Shown here: positions 8,044-18,726 of the stretch, piece by piece
Layout: each line of letters begins with the position of its first letter
Position numbering within the stretch: the first letter of the stretch is position 1
Source of the DNA: Candidatus Poribacteria bacterium
GTDB taxonomy: Bacteria; Poribacteria; WGA-4E; JAJDTR01
Assembly: GCA_965222225.1 (NCBI GenBank)
Contig: CBDCTK010000002.1
Location: forward strand, 3,744,001 to 3,808,000
Direction of reading: 5' to 3'
Length of the DNA stretch: 64,000 nucleotides
Notes under the pieces: model-generated
The model's input: the letters and a program-made list of their open reading frames with translations, nothing else
Database searches by the model: none
Told to the model about the DNA's origin: nothing
Program-made: the position numbers and the translations under genes

Positions 8044-10638
8044 TCAAGCCTTTGAATGCCAGAAGGCGGCGACCAAGGCTGTCATCGGAATCGCCAACAC
8101 GAGACCAAGCGTCCCAGCCAGTAACCGCACAATCTCGGCGGCGACGACGCCCACACTCATTAGCTCGACCGGCGGAGATTGAAATAGATCCACGTTGGGC
8201 GCTGCCACTGCCAAGACTAACAACAACCGTGCTCCAAGGTAGGCAAACACCAGTGTATTGACCATTGTTCCAAGGATGTCGGTGCCCACGTTCATCCCGG
8301 AGGCGATTAGCCGCCACGTCGGGATGTTCGGGTTCGCCCGACGAATCTCCTCCATTGAGGAGGACACCTCGATTGCGCCGTCCACGGCGACTCCCAGCAC
8401 CCCCATCAACATGCCCGCAACCAGCAACTGGTTAAAGTCGAAAGGCGGCGTCCGCATGGCTTCGACAATATCCGCCGACATGGCGTTCTCCAACCCGGAA
8501 AAGTGAAGGTACTTCTGCGCGAACATGATAATCATGCCCGACACGAGAATTCCGCCCATCGTTCCCAAAACGGCGGAGAACGTCTTGCGGCTTGGTCCAA
8601 TGACAAATACAAGCGACACAAACGCAACCATGCCCGAAGTCAACGTGACGACGAAGACGGCATTGTGCCCACCCGAAATCAGGGGGAGCATGAAGAAATA
8701 GATAATGACCCCCGAGATGATCATGGCGCAGGCGGTACGTACACCTTCAATTCGCCCGACGACAATGATCAGCAGAAACATCAGTCCCACCATCAGCGCC
8801 AAAAAACCGTCGCGCCCATACTCTTGGACGATATTCACCAAGCTGATCTGATCGGGCGTGCCGCCAACACGGCAGAGTACAACATCACCCGGCGTGGCTG
8901 GAATACTCAACAGAGGCATGTTGTGATTCACAATGTTTCGCAGCATCAACCTGTGTCCCTTATACAGTCCCGACAACATCTCAATCTCAAGAATATGATG
9001 TTCCGAATTTGCCCCGTAGATGTTCAGGCTGTCTCCGATTCTTTTTACGGCGTACGTCTGTTCTCTGTCTTTGTCGGTTATTAACCACCTGCTATCCTTC
9101 CACGCTTTGATTTCGACATTCACATTTTGCGAGAGAGGGATTCCGTTGAATTCAAACTCGACTCGCAAACCATCGGGAATCTCCCGATTCTCCAGATCTT
9201 CCGTGTACTCCAACTCCGACTCAAACAGAAACCTCGCATTGGATTCAAGAAGGCTCAAGACCCTCCCCTTTGCATACTCGGACTTGGAAACGACGTTCCC
9301 ATGCTCATCGTGTTGTTCGGTGATTGTTGCGGATGTGTTATTCAGTCTGTGATAAATCACAACGGTGCAGAGCAGCACGACAATCATGGCAATTGGCACA
9401 GCGAATCGCCCCTTGCTGCCGGGTTTATCAGTTTGCAGGAGTTCCTCAAGTTCCTCGGCAGACGGAGCGTCTTCGTGAATCTCAGTCAATTCTACCTTCC
9501 TGTATTTCGTCAGGATTCCGGCAACGGTAGCCGCGATTGGAACCGTCAGCACCAAGCCTATTGTTCCCACGATAGCCTGTATAATGGCAACCGACGTTGC
9601 CTCGTCATTCGCTAACCGGAGGAAAGGGTAAAGCACGCCAACTTCGGGAAACTCGATCGTGGGTAGCAACATGGTGGTTAGGTGTGCGCCTAGGTAGGCA
9701 AAAATCAGTGTGTCCGCCATCGTGCCCATAATATCTCTACCCACGTTCAGCCCGACGCGAATGGCTTGGCGAACCGTGATATTCGGGTTGACCTGCTTCA
9801 CCTCATGCACTGACGAGGATATGGACATTCCGACATCCATCATCGCGCCGACGGCGCCAAGGATGATGCCCGCGGACAGTATACCCGCGAAATTCCAACC
9901 GTGTGAGGCCTCCGTCCGCCAGAGCGCAATACCGAGTTCCAAGAATCCAAATTCCTCTGCCAGACCGGTGAGAACCATAACTTTTTGGCTGATAATAGAA
10001 AGAATCCCGACCGCAGCCAAGCCCCCGAGCGTTCCCAAGACGCCGGAGATAACCTTGAGGCTGAATCCGGTAATGGTCACGAAGGTTACTATGGTCAAGA
10101 ACGCAGCTATGCCCAAAGCGACGGTAATCGGATTATAGCCGCGCACCATAAGAGGAACAAGGATGTAGAGCACGCTTAATCCTGTGAAAAAGAGTGTCAG
10201 GATGGCTCGTATCCCTTTCATCCCGGCGACGAGGATTATCAAAGTCCCCAGCAGCCAGGCTAGATAGAGGAGAAAAGGCGTGCGAAAGTACGCCCCCATG
10301 CGAACTTCATTGATTGTGGTTTGGTTCTGACGCCTGAGAGGGATTTCGAGAAACAGTACATCGCTTTTTTTGATCGTGCGGTCACTGAAATCGCGACCTA
10401 TCCAGACGTTGTCTACGCGGACTGTTTCCCCACGGAATTGTCCGGAGAGAATGCGAAACGTCAGAATCTGGTCTACGTTCTCACTCGTGTTCACATTGAC
10501 AACACGTCCAAGGCAAATCAATTTCCTTAAAGCGCCGTGATGCACCACCTCGGCGAACCGAAACAATTTTATATGTAATAAGACAACAATCACTGACAGT
10601 GCGAGAACGCCAATGATTTTCAAATTCTTCTCATTCAT
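8044..10638 (-). CDS. Tandem double YibE/F-family membrane protein
   Basis: Two copies of the YibE/F pattern (GAMMDVGMSISSS...GRDIMGTMADTLIFAYLG and GVAVDGAIEVSSS...GTDILGTMVNTLVFAYLG). Confidence 0.85.
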   Translation of the reverse strand: MNEKNLKIIGVLALSVIVVLLHIKLFRFAEVVHHGALRKLICLGRVVNVNTSENVDQILTFRILSGQFRGETVRVDNVWIGRDFSDRTIKKSDVLFLEIPLRRQNQTTINEVRMGAYFRTPFLLYLAWLLGTLIILVAGMKGIRAILTLFFTGLSVLYILVPLMVRGYNPITVALGIAAFLTIVTFVTITGFSLKVISGVLGTLGGLAAVGILSIISQKVMVLTGLAEEFGFLELGIALWRTEASHGWNFAGILSAGIILGAVGAMMDVGMSISSSVHEVKQVNPNITVRQAIRVGLNVGRDIMGTMADTLIFAYLGAHLTTMLLPTIEFPEVGVLYPFLRLANDEATSVAIIQAIVGTIGLVLTVPIAATVAGILTKYRKVELTEIHEDAPSAEELEELLQTDKPGSKGRFAVPIAMIVVLLCTVVIYHRLNNTSATITEQHDEHGNVVSKSEYAKGRVLSLLESNARFLFESELEYTEDLENREIPDGLRVEFEFNGIPLSQNVNVEIKAWKDSRWLITDKDREQTYAVKRIGDSLNIYGANSEHHILEIEMLSGLYKGHRLMLRNIVNHNMPLLSIPATPGDVVLCRVGGTPDQISLVNIVQEYGRDGFLALMVGLMFLLIIVVGRIEGVRTACAMIISGVIIYFFMLPLISGGHNAVFVVTLTSGMVAFVSLVFVIGPSRKTFSAVLGTMGGILVSGMIIMFAQKYLHFSGLENAMSADIVEAMRTPPFDFNQLLVAGMLMGVLGVAVDGAIEVSSSMEEIRRANPNIPTWRLIASGMNVGTDILGTMVNTLVFAYLGARLLLVLAVAAPNVDLFQSPPVELMSVGVVAAEIVRLLAGTLGLVLAIPMTALVAAFWHSKA

Positions 10639-10896
10639 TCAAGTGTTTCCTCTTGCACCGTCTTCTCAAGAATTCAACTATATCGCAACCCATCCGCACC
10701 ATTTGGAACACCGCGACTGCACCCCTCGGTGCGGCGGCCAGGTTTATAGACGAGGCACGATGCGTGTTTGCACGAAGTCTTGCTCCTTGCCGTATGATAA
10801 TTCACCTCAACCTCGCAAGTTTAATGCCTTTGGAGTCGGTTTGAAGATTTTATTCGCGACGATAGATTGCGATTGGGCGATTTTCGAGATCCGGAG

Positions 10897-11053
10897 GGAA
10901 TCTCTATCGATTAACTGAGATCAAAGGAGTGATCAAGTGACCGATTAGTGAACGCGATAGAGATCCTATAGTAAATCCCGTGCGATAGCGATCTTTGATA
11001 GCGAAGGCGGTAGAAAATCCCACTCACTATTCTTTCGTTTGATCGCTCCTACA
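10897..11053. repeat. Multi-level nest of GA-hairpin units inside a minus-strand REP
   Basis: A minus-strand unit is split (10897-10909 and 11021-11044) around about three plus-strand units; GCTCCTACA REP end at 11045-11053. Confidence 0.8.
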
Positions 11054-11242
11054 GATATCCTCTCGGGTTTGTATTTCAATCTTAGCAAACCTTCCCTATT
11101 CCCGTCAATAAAATGCGCATTTCGTTCCAGCACAATCGTCAAAACCCCAATTTCCCGTCTCATCCCCCCGATTTGCGATACGATTCCCTAGCTAGAACGA
11201 AAAAACAAACGAAAAAACAAACGAAAAATAATCCACAATTAG

Positions 11243-11271
11243 TTGACAAAATTCACAAAACTCTGTATAGT
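11243..11271 (+). promoter_or_regulatory. Sigma70-type promoter
   Basis: TTGACA-17 nt-TATAGT, preceded by about three 12-bp A-rich repeats (AACGAAAAAACA). Confidence 0.65.
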
Positions 11272-11479
11272 ACTATTTGATTTGGTGGATGTTTTTCAAT
11301 GACATACGATATCTGGATTATTAACGCGTTAGGCATGTGAAACCGTTGCTAACCGCGTATTTTAGCGTGTCGGTATACAGTATGTAATTTGTGTTTGAAT
11401 ACAATATATACTAGCATCACCCCTCGGTATTTTGTAGTTTCACCGTCCTCCCATATTAAGTATTTTTAAGAGATTTCAG

Positions 11480-12502
11480 ATGACAAAGATTCCGTTCCTC
11501 TTCATCGTTTTGTGGTTTGGCTTGCAATTGGCTCTCCCTCACTCAATTCCAGCACAATCAACTACGGCACAACCAACGAAAGATTCCGCCGAGAAGACTC
11601 AGCCTCTCGACGCCCCCGAAGAGAAACCGGCGAACGACTCGGAGCCGGATAATCAGCCATCAGAAATCGCTCGCAGTGTGGAGGCGAATCAACAGGTTGT
11701 GCAGATTGGTGGAAATTATCACCTCAGTCCCAAGGAAGCTGTCGAGAGTTTGATTGTGATTGGCGGCAATTTGACTCTTCGAGGCAAGGTCAATAACGAC
11801 GTGCTGGTTCTAAAAGGTGACGTTGAGGTGCAAGAAGGGGCAGTGGTTCTAGGCAGCGTTACCACGGTTTTAGGTGAGATTCGGGGAAAGCAGTATCTAG
11901 AGGGTATTCACAGAGAAGTTAACGGCTGGAAGTTTATCCCCGCCTCCGCATGGCTTATCATGCGACCACAGGAGGCGTGGGGAATGGGGAAGTCCGCGAA
12001 ATTTGGGTGGGGCGTGTTGGTGTTCATCGCGCTAACTTTGGTTCACATTACGGTTTATGCCGTATTCCCTCAACGGCTGAATACCATGGCACACGTAATC
12101 TCTCACCGTCCCATAGGCAGCACGCTGCTTGGATTCATAGTGATGATCGTCGCCCCTTGTCTCATAGCGGTGTTGGTGCTTTCAATAGTCGGTATCCCGT
12201 TTGTGCTGTTGTTTATCTCAATTTTGCTTCCGATAGCAATCTACGGCAAGACGGCAGTCTTCCTATCAATGGGGCAAACAATCTTTTCCAACCAACCAAA
12301 GGTTGTGGCAGTGGTTGCGGGCTATTGGATTTATTTCATGGCAACTTCTATCCCACACGTGGGTTTACCCATGTTCCTAGCCGCAAACGCCATCGCAGTC
12401 GGTATCTGTCTCAGGACGGTGTTTGGTCAGAAATCGAGACAGAGCGCCCCTCCGTTCGCTCACCGGCACCCCCTCCTCGACAAATACCGGCAGGCGGATT
12501 AA
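11480..12502 (+). CDS. Membrane protein with signal peptide, bactofilin-like beta-repeat region and C-terminal TM bundle
   Basis: VIGGNLTLRGKVNNDVLVLKGDVEVQEGAVVLGSVTTVLGEI repeats, then several hydrophobic helices. Confidence 0.65.
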   Translation: MTKIPFLFIVLWFGLQLALPHSIPAQSTTAQPTKDSAEKTQPLDAPEEKPANDSEPDNQPSEIARSVEANQQVVQIGGNYHLSPKEAVESLIVIGGNLTLRGKVNNDVLVLKGDVEVQEGAVVLGSVTTVLGEIRGKQYLEGIHREVNGWKFIPASAWLIMRPQEAWGMGKSAKFGWGVLVFIALTLVHITVYAVFPQRLNTMAHVISHRPIGSTLLGFIVMIVAPCLIAVLVLSIVGIPFVLLFISILLPIAIYGKTAVFLSMGQTIFSNQPKVVAVVAGYWIYFMATSIPHVGLPMFLAANAIAVGICLRTVFGQKSRQSAPPFAHRHPLLDKYRQAD

Positions 12503-12601
12503 CCAAGAGCTCGTAGGTTGGATTGAACATAACGAAGCCCAACTCCCTAATTAAAATCTAATTTCTCCACGCTGCGAACCCAACCCAGGAGAGGCATACC
12601 C

Positions 12602-13582
12602 ATGGCACATCACTCGGACGAACTTTTTAGTACGGACGATTGGGTCGAGATTTACAAGACAGGCGACGAGTGGGAAGTTAAGTTAATCGAGGCAACGCTG
12701 CAAAACCAACAGATTCGGTGTCGTCCGGTCTACGATCGAAAGTTGCGTCAAACAACCTTATTTGTTGCGCCGGAACATCAAGTAGATGCGCTTGAGCTTG
12801 TAAGCAGAATTGGCTTGGTCATTACGGATAATCAAAGTACAACACCCCGTTCGGACGAAGATGAGTGGGAGCAAAATCAATCTTCTCACCAAGCGATTGA
12901 TGGCGACAACAATCTACCGGACGCAACGGCTCCCGCCCTTGAGGAGGTTACGGTTGCGGAACGGGAAGGCATCGGAGCGATTATCCACTATATCGGGCGC
13001 GGATATGAGTTGCATGTCGGTCCCGAGCCTTACGTCATTGTTGAAGAGGACCGTTGGGAGGAATTCACCGACCTGAGCGCACAGCGCCAAGAATTCCCGA
13101 TTCTTCTCAGGCATGAATATCCGGAACTTCTCGCATGGCTCAAGTATAAGAAATTGATGGCAGAGTTCATTCGTCTGGTCGAATCCACCTACAGCGAGGT
13201 TCCGCCGCCACGAGGGCAACGCCGCCGTGAGTCAAATCAGTCGCATCCCGCTACCCAACACCCCGAAACCAATTCGGCTGAAGCGAAAGTCCCCCAAATC
13301 GCAAAATTCAGCCTCTGGCTTTCGCTTGTTTCGTTGCTCGCCGCCTTCATCCAATTGCCTTTGTATGCATGCGCCGTGCTTTCCGTGTTGGCAATTGGAC
13401 TAGCGCTGCTCGGGGCATACAGGATTATCACTGAGGACAGCGGGGTTAAAGGAACCCCCGTTGTTCTGATTGCCATAATTCTCGCCCTATTTGCGCTTGC
13501 AGTCGGGTGGAAACAGTCTCAGCCCAGCCCGGTACAACCGGATGCGCGCATTAGGAACGCCGAGTCCGGGACAGCAAAATGA
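12602..13582 (+). CDS. DUF2007-like N-terminal domain protein with C-terminal TM helices
   Basis: WVEIY...EVKLIEATLQNQQI...LFVAPEHQVDALEL pattern; three C-terminal TM segments. Confidence 0.55.
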   Translation: MAHHSDELFSTDDWVEIYKTGDEWEVKLIEATLQNQQIRCRPVYDRKLRQTTLFVAPEHQVDALELVSRIGLVITDNQSTTPRSDEDEWEQNQSSHQAIDGDNNLPDATAPALEEVTVAEREGIGAIIHYIGRGYELHVGPEPYVIVEEDRWEEFTDLSAQRQEFPILLRHEYPELLAWLKYKKLMAEFIRLVESTYSEVPPPRGQRRRESNQSHPATQHPETNSAEAKVPQIAKFSLWLSLVSLLAAFIQLPLYACAVLSVLAIGLALLGAYRIITEDSGVKGTPVVLIAIILALFALAVGWKQSQPSPVQPDARIRNAESGTAK

Positions 13583-13605
13583 TTCTCTGAATCCAAGAAC
13601 ACAAT

Positions 13606-14295
13606 ATGTCCTGCTGCACCATTGTATTTGCCAAGAATCCCGTGCCCGGTCAGGTAAAGACCCGCCTACTCCCTCTCCTCTCGCCCGACCAAGTGGCATC
13701 ACTCTACCGAGCCTTCTTGGTTGACTGGTGTAATGCGCTTTCCTCGCTCCCGACGATCGATTTGGTCGTAGCTTACACTCCACCCGACGGTTTAGGCGAC
13801 CTGAAAACTTTGATTGGAGAGCAGGCGATTTACATCCCCCAAGGAGATTCAGGATTGGGTGAACGGTTAACCGCGGTGTCACGATGGGCTTGCGATCAGG
13901 ACTACGGAACGTTCCTGCTCGTCGGCTCCGATAGCCCAACCCTTCCGATAGCGTACATTCAGCGAGCGATGGAGTTATTGGAATCCCGTGATATTGTCAT
14001 CGGTCCGAGCACGGATGGCGGATATTACCTCATCGGGTTTTCCAAAAGCGGAGCGAACCGCACAATCCCCGTCATATTTCAGGACATTGCGTGGAGCACG
14101 GAGCATGTCCTTAGACAGACACTTGAGAAAGTTGACTCAACCGGCGCACAACTCGGGTTGTTGCCGCCGTGGTACGATGTTGATACGCCATCCGACTTGC
14201 GGTTTTTGCGGGATCACCTGTTTGCCATGCGTCTTGCCGGATGCCGCGCCCCTTTTCCGAGGACAGAACGTGAATTAGAAAAATGGTTGAGTTGA
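13606..14295 (+). CDS. TIGR04282/DUF2064 (CofC-like) glycosyltransferase-fold protein
   Basis: FAKNPVPGQVKTRL, QGDSGLGERL, GSDSPTL, GPSTDGGYYLIG, WYDVDT. Confidence 0.9.
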   Translation: MSCCTIVFAKNPVPGQVKTRLLPLLSPDQVASLYRAFLVDWCNALSSLPTIDLVVAYTPPDGLGDLKTLIGEQAIYIPQGDSGLGERLTAVSRWACDQDYGTFLLVGSDSPTLPIAYIQRAMELLESRDIVIGPSTDGGYYLIGFSKSGANRTIPVIFQDIAWSTEHVLRQTLEKVDSTGAQLGLLPPWYDVDTPSDLRFLRDHLFAMRLAGCRAPFPRTERELEKWLS

Positions 14296-14342
14296 ACAAT
14301 CTGCAATCATCGCTGCGGACGTTGCCTCGGAGGTGTTTATGT

Positions 14343-14717
14343 CTAGTCGGTGTTATCCGCAATTCGTCGTAAGTAGGTTTCGACATCGTCTAAATCGGTT
14401 CCCATCTCGCTTAAGTGGCTTTCAATATCGTATAGATAGCTTTTGCTGCTCCCAGACTTGCTTTCGATACTGTTTAACGTACTTTCGATACTACTTAAAT
14501 TGCTGTTGATACTGTTCAAGGTACTTTGGATACTGCTTAAGCTGCTTGTGATGCTGCGCAAGTAGCTTTCGATTTCGGAACTGGGAGCGGGTAGGTTGTA
14601 GTCGGTATTGGGTTCGCCCGATTCACTGGCGGTGTACAGTGTGAATACCCCAAACAGGAAACAAGATATGATAACGGAGACTAGGACGAAGGATCCGTGT
14701 TTCTTGATCTCGGACAT
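14343..14717 (-). CDS. Membrane-anchored Ser-rich heptad-repeat hypothetical protein
   Basis: AGGAG SD, N-terminal TM, heptads LSSIQST/LNSINSN/LSSIEST/LNSIESK. Confidence 0.7.
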   Translation of the reverse strand: MSEIKKHGSFVLVSVIISCFLFGVFTLYTASESGEPNTDYNLPAPSSEIESYLRSITSSLSSIQSTLNSINSNLSSIESTLNSIESKSGSSKSYLYDIESHLSEMGTDLDDVETYLRRIADNTD

Positions 14718-14859
14718 GATAGATTCTCCTTTTTATGTACGGCAGCGCTCAGCGTTGCCGGGGGTTAATCTATGGCTATACTTCACTATTGGGGATTGTT
14801 GGATATTGGGAATTGTTGGATGAATCAGAAGGAGGTGGCTAGTGAAATGAAATGCTTAA

Positions 14860-15246
14860 GAGCCTGTTTGAAAAGTACAGTTTGTAGGGTGCGATCAAAC
14901 GAGTGGATAGCGAGTGCGATAGCTAATCCCGCGCGATAGAAATCCCATAGAAATCCTGCACCATTTCTTGTATGGTGCGATCAAAGGAATGAATAATGAC
15001 TGCGATAGAGATCCCCTTCGATTAAGTGACCGAATAGGGAACGCGATAGGGATCCTACCAGCCTTTGTGAGCCCCAGCGTGGGATCAAACGAGCGAATAG
15101 CGATCAAGCGACTGAATAAGGAGCGCGATAGAAATCCCGTGCGATAGAAATCCTGACAGGTGTATAGCAGGCGACCACAAAAGCATGAAAAAGCCGCACC
15201 CAAAGTGACCAAAAATCGCTTTGCCACCTATTATTCAATCAGGCTC
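14860..15246. mobile_element. MITE with IS5-family-like termini carrying five GA-hairpin units
   Basis: TIRs GAGCCTGTTTGAA / TTCAATCAGGCTC, flanks TAA/TTA; right ~190 bp homologous to the copy at 46797-47167. Confidence 0.75.
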
Positions 15247-15314
15247 TTAGTAAATGCCGTGCGATAGAGTCCCTGCTAGAAACAGCTATGTTTTTGGGGT
15301 AACTACAACCAGTT

Positions 15315-15689
15315 TCAGCGCTCTCTGACCTGAGCGTCGTAGATAAGGAACTCCGTAATCTGACTGGCAGTTTTAGGTGTCAATCCCGAGCCGGGCTTTC
15401 TCATCATGTGCTGCACATACTTCTTCCACTCCTCTGCCGTGAAGGCAGAGTTGATGGGGCGGGCAACCGTATGACACCGGCTGCATTTGTTTGCGAACAG
15501 TTGGTAGTATTCCCGTATCTTGGGAGGATAGCCTGAGACATCAACGTAATTTTGCCCCTTATCGGCGGGATACGTCTTGAGAGTTGCTTGGGGTATTCGG
15601 AGCATTCCGATGACTATGGCGACCATCAAGCCAAGCACAATCAAGACGGTTATCCAAACCACGAGTTGACCCATCCGTCGGTATCCCAA
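15315..15689 (-). CDS. Membrane-anchored monoheme c-type cytochrome
   Basis: N-terminal TM, CSRCH, WKKYVQHMMRK with candidate distal Met. Confidence 0.8.
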   Translation of the reverse strand: MGYRRMGQLVVWITVLIVLGLMVAIVIGMLRIPQATLKTYPADKGQNYVDVSGYPPKIREYYQLFANKCSRCHTVARPINSAFTAEEWKKYVQHMMRKPGSGLTPKTASQITEFLIYDAQVRER

Positions 15690-15692
15690 TCG

Positions 15693-16178
15693 TTACGCTT
15701 CCGCTTTTAGCGTTTCCACGCGTCGTTGGGCAGCCATTCCCAGATAGTGATAATCAAAATCTTTCACGAGCTTCCCAAATTGTTTTATCGCCTTATTGCG
15801 CTGTCCAAGTTTATTGTGGGATTCTGCTAACCAGTAAAGACACTTAAGGAGCGTCGGGTTCGGGTTTTCGTCACTCCCCGCTTTTGCGGATACGCCGTGT
15901 CTCTTCTCGTATGCAATAGCGGCTTTGAATTTCTTTACCGCGTTCTCGAAATCGCGGTGCTCATGGTATGCTTGGAAAGCTTGGTACAGGTTGAGATTGT
16001 CGCTATTGTCACGGAGAAATTCCAGATTATCAGCGACTTCTTCTAAAGCGTACTCTCCGTCATCCGCCTCATCTGGTTGTGTCTCATCTGGTTGTGTCTC
16101 ATCTGGTTGTGCCTCAACTGGTTGTGCCTCAACCAGTTCTTGATCGTCTTGCAACTCAGCCATTTCAATCTCCTTCAT
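15693..16178 (-). CDS. TPR protein with acidic N-terminal 5-aa repeats
   Basis: EAQPV/DETQP repeats (15-bp units); LYWLAESHNKLGQRNKAIKQF TPR motif. Confidence 0.7.
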   Translation of the reverse strand: MKEIEMAELQDDQELVEAQPVEAQPDETQPDETQPDEADDGEYALEEVADNLEFLRDNSDNLNLYQAFQAYHEHRDFENAVKKFKAAIAYEKRHGVSAKAGSDENPNPTLLKCLYWLAESHNKLGQRNKAIKQFGKLVKDFDYHYLGMAAQRRVETLKAEA

Positions 16179-16257
16179 AAAGGTTTTGTTGTTGATTTAG
16201 TATACCAAACATACGACCGAATCGCAAATCATAAAACTCCCTCAAGCAACTGGATGT

Positions 16258-16523
16258 TGTAGGAGCGATCTCCAGGTCGCGATTCCGTAGAACCAAACGT
16301 TGTAGGAGCAATCAAGCGAGTGGATAGGTCAAGCGAGCGAACAGCGACCACGATAGCAATCCCCCTCCCGGTCGCGACCCATCAACGAAGCGGATAGTAA
16401 TTATAGGGTGCGATCAAAGGAATGAATAATGACTGCGATAGAGATCCCCTGCGATCAAGCGACTGGATAAGGAGCGCGATAGCTATCCCATGCGATAGAG
16501 ATCTTAGTGCGATAGAAATTCCC
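16258..16523 (+). repeat. REP/GA-hairpin mosaic at left island border
   Basis: Two GTAG REP heads plus about five units. Confidence 0.8.
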
Positions 16524-16783
16524 TAGCCATCCTCCCCTTCCCCCCAAACCTCATTACAGACCCAACCCCATTTCCCATTGGCAATTCCCCGGCACCTATG
16601 CCATAATCTCACACTGCGACCATGTTGAACATGTTCGGATTGAATTATGAAAACAGAAACTTACTAACATTCACCGTAGGAGCCAACCATGAAGACAAAA
16701 TTTATAATATTGATATGTACACTAACTTCACTAAGGTTGAAAAATCCCTGAGCTACATGCCAAATGTAAGAGGTGGCTCTACG

Positions 16784-17644
16784 ATGTCTAAGAAAACGGG
16801 AAACGCAGCACAGGAGAACCACGGAGACGAACAGTCTCGTAAATACATGCTAGAAATTGCCGGCAGCGGTGGTGGCAGTGTAGCAGGTGCGTATTTGGGA
16901 TTACTAGTCGCCGGTCCAGCCGGAGTTTTGGTGGGAGCATTGTGCGGGGGCGCGGGAGGTAAGGTCATTGAAATTGCGTTGAGGGTAGTTTTCCAAGAGA
17001 TTTGGGCGCGACAGTTGAGCACGCCAGAGAGAATGCGCGTAGGTACTGTGCTTGACGTCGTGATTGCCGAAATACGCCGGCGTATAGAAGCTGGTGAAAG
17101 TGTACGCATGGATGGCTTCTTCGACGAGAAACAAGCGGGCAGACCCGATGCAGAAGAAGTTGCGGAGAGCGTGCTATTGAAGGTTCAGAGAGAGCCGGAA
17201 GAAATGAAACTCCCGTACATGGCTTATTTTCTTTCAAGCATCGCCTTCAATCCGGAAATCAGCGCACAAATGGCACACCAACTCACAAAGATCGCCGAGC
17301 AACTTACCTACCGACAATTATGCATTCTTAAGCTCTCTGTCGTGAAAGATGAATATGGGCTGCGTGGCAAAGACTACCGGGATCATGATGATTTCGGAAA
17401 AGACCTCTATCCGGTACTTTACGAGTGTGCTGAACTTTATAACAAGGAATATATTAACTTCGGGGGTGAAGCGAATTTTCATATCGGGGAACATATGGAT
17501 TACGGCGCTACAATTCACCGACTTACGAGGGCAAGACCTGACCAGATGACCCTCCAAGGCATAGGTGCAGATCTTTTCAATCTCATGAAACTGTCTTTGA
17601 TACCGAAGAAAGATATAGCCCCAATTGCCGAGCAGTTAAAGTAA
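16784..17644 (+). CDS. Hypothetical protein, weak Abi-alpha/DUF4393-like resemblance
   Basis: Gly-rich hydrophobic N-terminus, EEMKLPYMAYFLSS...IAEQLTYRQLCIL; GAGGT SD before ATG at 16784. Confidence 0.5.
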   Translation: MSKKTGNAAQENHGDEQSRKYMLEIAGSGGGSVAGAYLGLLVAGPAGVLVGALCGGAGGKVIEIALRVVFQEIWARQLSTPERMRVGTVLDVVIAEIRRRIEAGESVRMDGFFDEKQAGRPDAEEVAESVLLKVQREPEEMKLPYMAYFLSSIAFNPEISAQMAHQLTKIAEQLTYRQLCILKLSVVKDEYGLRGKDYRDHDDFGKDLYPVLYECAELYNKEYINFGGEANFHIGEHMDYGATIHRLTRARPDQMTLQGIGADLFNLMKLSLIPKKDIAPIAEQLK

Positions 17645-17970
17645 AACGACATTGGACAACAAGGTTTCGGGCAGCGATGTGACATTATTCTCCCGGAAAG
17701 GTATTGTGCAGATTCCAACCTACATCCACCACATTCTCCTCTAAACACTGCTCGTGCGTTCACTTGTTAAATGGACATCCCCTGAAAGTGAAGGAGTTTT
17801 TCTCAGAGTGTGTAAGGACTAATGGTGACGACAGCTCTTTTACTGGACGCAGGCAAATGTACTTTGCCTATGCGGCGTTTGTCGGACGCCCGCGAGCGCT
17901 ATTCGCCGTGCACCAAATGTAATCCGCCGCAGTAAGAGAAAAGTATCTTGAGAAAAGGAGTTGAAAGCGA

Positions 17971-18507
17971 ATGATAAGCGAAAGGGAAAGCACTTTGGCA
18001 CGAGAGACATATCTGCTAGAAGGATACAAAGATTTAAGCAGATGGAACATCCAAGAGGATGGAGCTTTGATCAATCTTGATAGATTCCTGATAACGGCAT
18101 CGGTAGGGGCATGCCTATTGACATTAGTGAAAGCGCGTGAAGCCTATCCAGCCGTATATTTGGGCAGCGGGTTGGTGCTCTATTTCTGGCTGTTACTATC
18201 TATCCGATATAAAGCCAGAATTAAGCACAGGTTTCTCTTAATGCATGAAATAGAAAAACAGTTACGCTTCAGTGCACATATGGACTATGATTCCGCGAAG
18301 TTGACATACGAACTCGTCTTTCCCCGTAAGAGCTCGAATTGTAAGCGAGAAGAATGTAAGTCGAAAGTACTGCCAACCGATATAGAGATAAGACGACGTT
18401 TCTTCTTCGGTTATTTGATAGTTATGTTCCCAGCTGTAATAAAAGGAATAGAGGCACTACCAAATCTCATGGGCAATCTGCCCATTCTCCAGATAATATC
18501 GGGGTGA
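17971..18507 (+). CDS. Hypothetical membrane protein (2+1 TM)
   Basis: AAGGAG SD; two N-proximal TMs, a charged segment and a C-terminal TM. Confidence 0.65.
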   Translation: MISERESTLARETYLLEGYKDLSRWNIQEDGALINLDRFLITASVGACLLTLVKAREAYPAVYLGSGLVLYFWLLLSIRYKARIKHRFLLMHEIEKQLRFSAHMDYDSAKLTYELVFPRKSSNCKREECKSKVLPTDIEIRRRFFFGYLIVMFPAVIKGIEALPNLMGNLPILQIISG

Positions 18508-18579
18508 GGGCACTACGGGGTGTTTGACGCCTGCTCCAAATCGAGTTCCTAGGAATCCCTAGATACTCTTTATTTCAAT

Positions 18580-18726
18580 GAGGAAATGATGACACGATTT
18601 AAGGAAATGATGACACGATTTAAGGAAATGATGACACGATTTAAGGAAATGGTGACACGATTTAAGGAAATGGTGACACGATTTAAGGAAATGGTGACAC
18701 GATTTAAGGAAATGGTGACACGATTT
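18580..18726 (+). repeat. 7 x 21-bp tandem repeat AAGGAAATG(A/G)TGACACGATTT
   Basis: Seen directly; units 1-3 ATGATG, units 4-7 ATGGTG; no spacers. Confidence 0.97.

Noticed and set aside
11241-11258. Second Rex site
   Set aside because: Only the TTCACAA half-site matches
14895-15227. Paralogous small ORFs here and at 46794-47159
   Set aside because: Both are translations of the MITE and its repeat cargo
18580-18726. Possible CRISPR array
   Set aside because: Head-to-tail repeats with no spacers; no cas genes. The hairpin clusters also lack repeat-spacer periodicity
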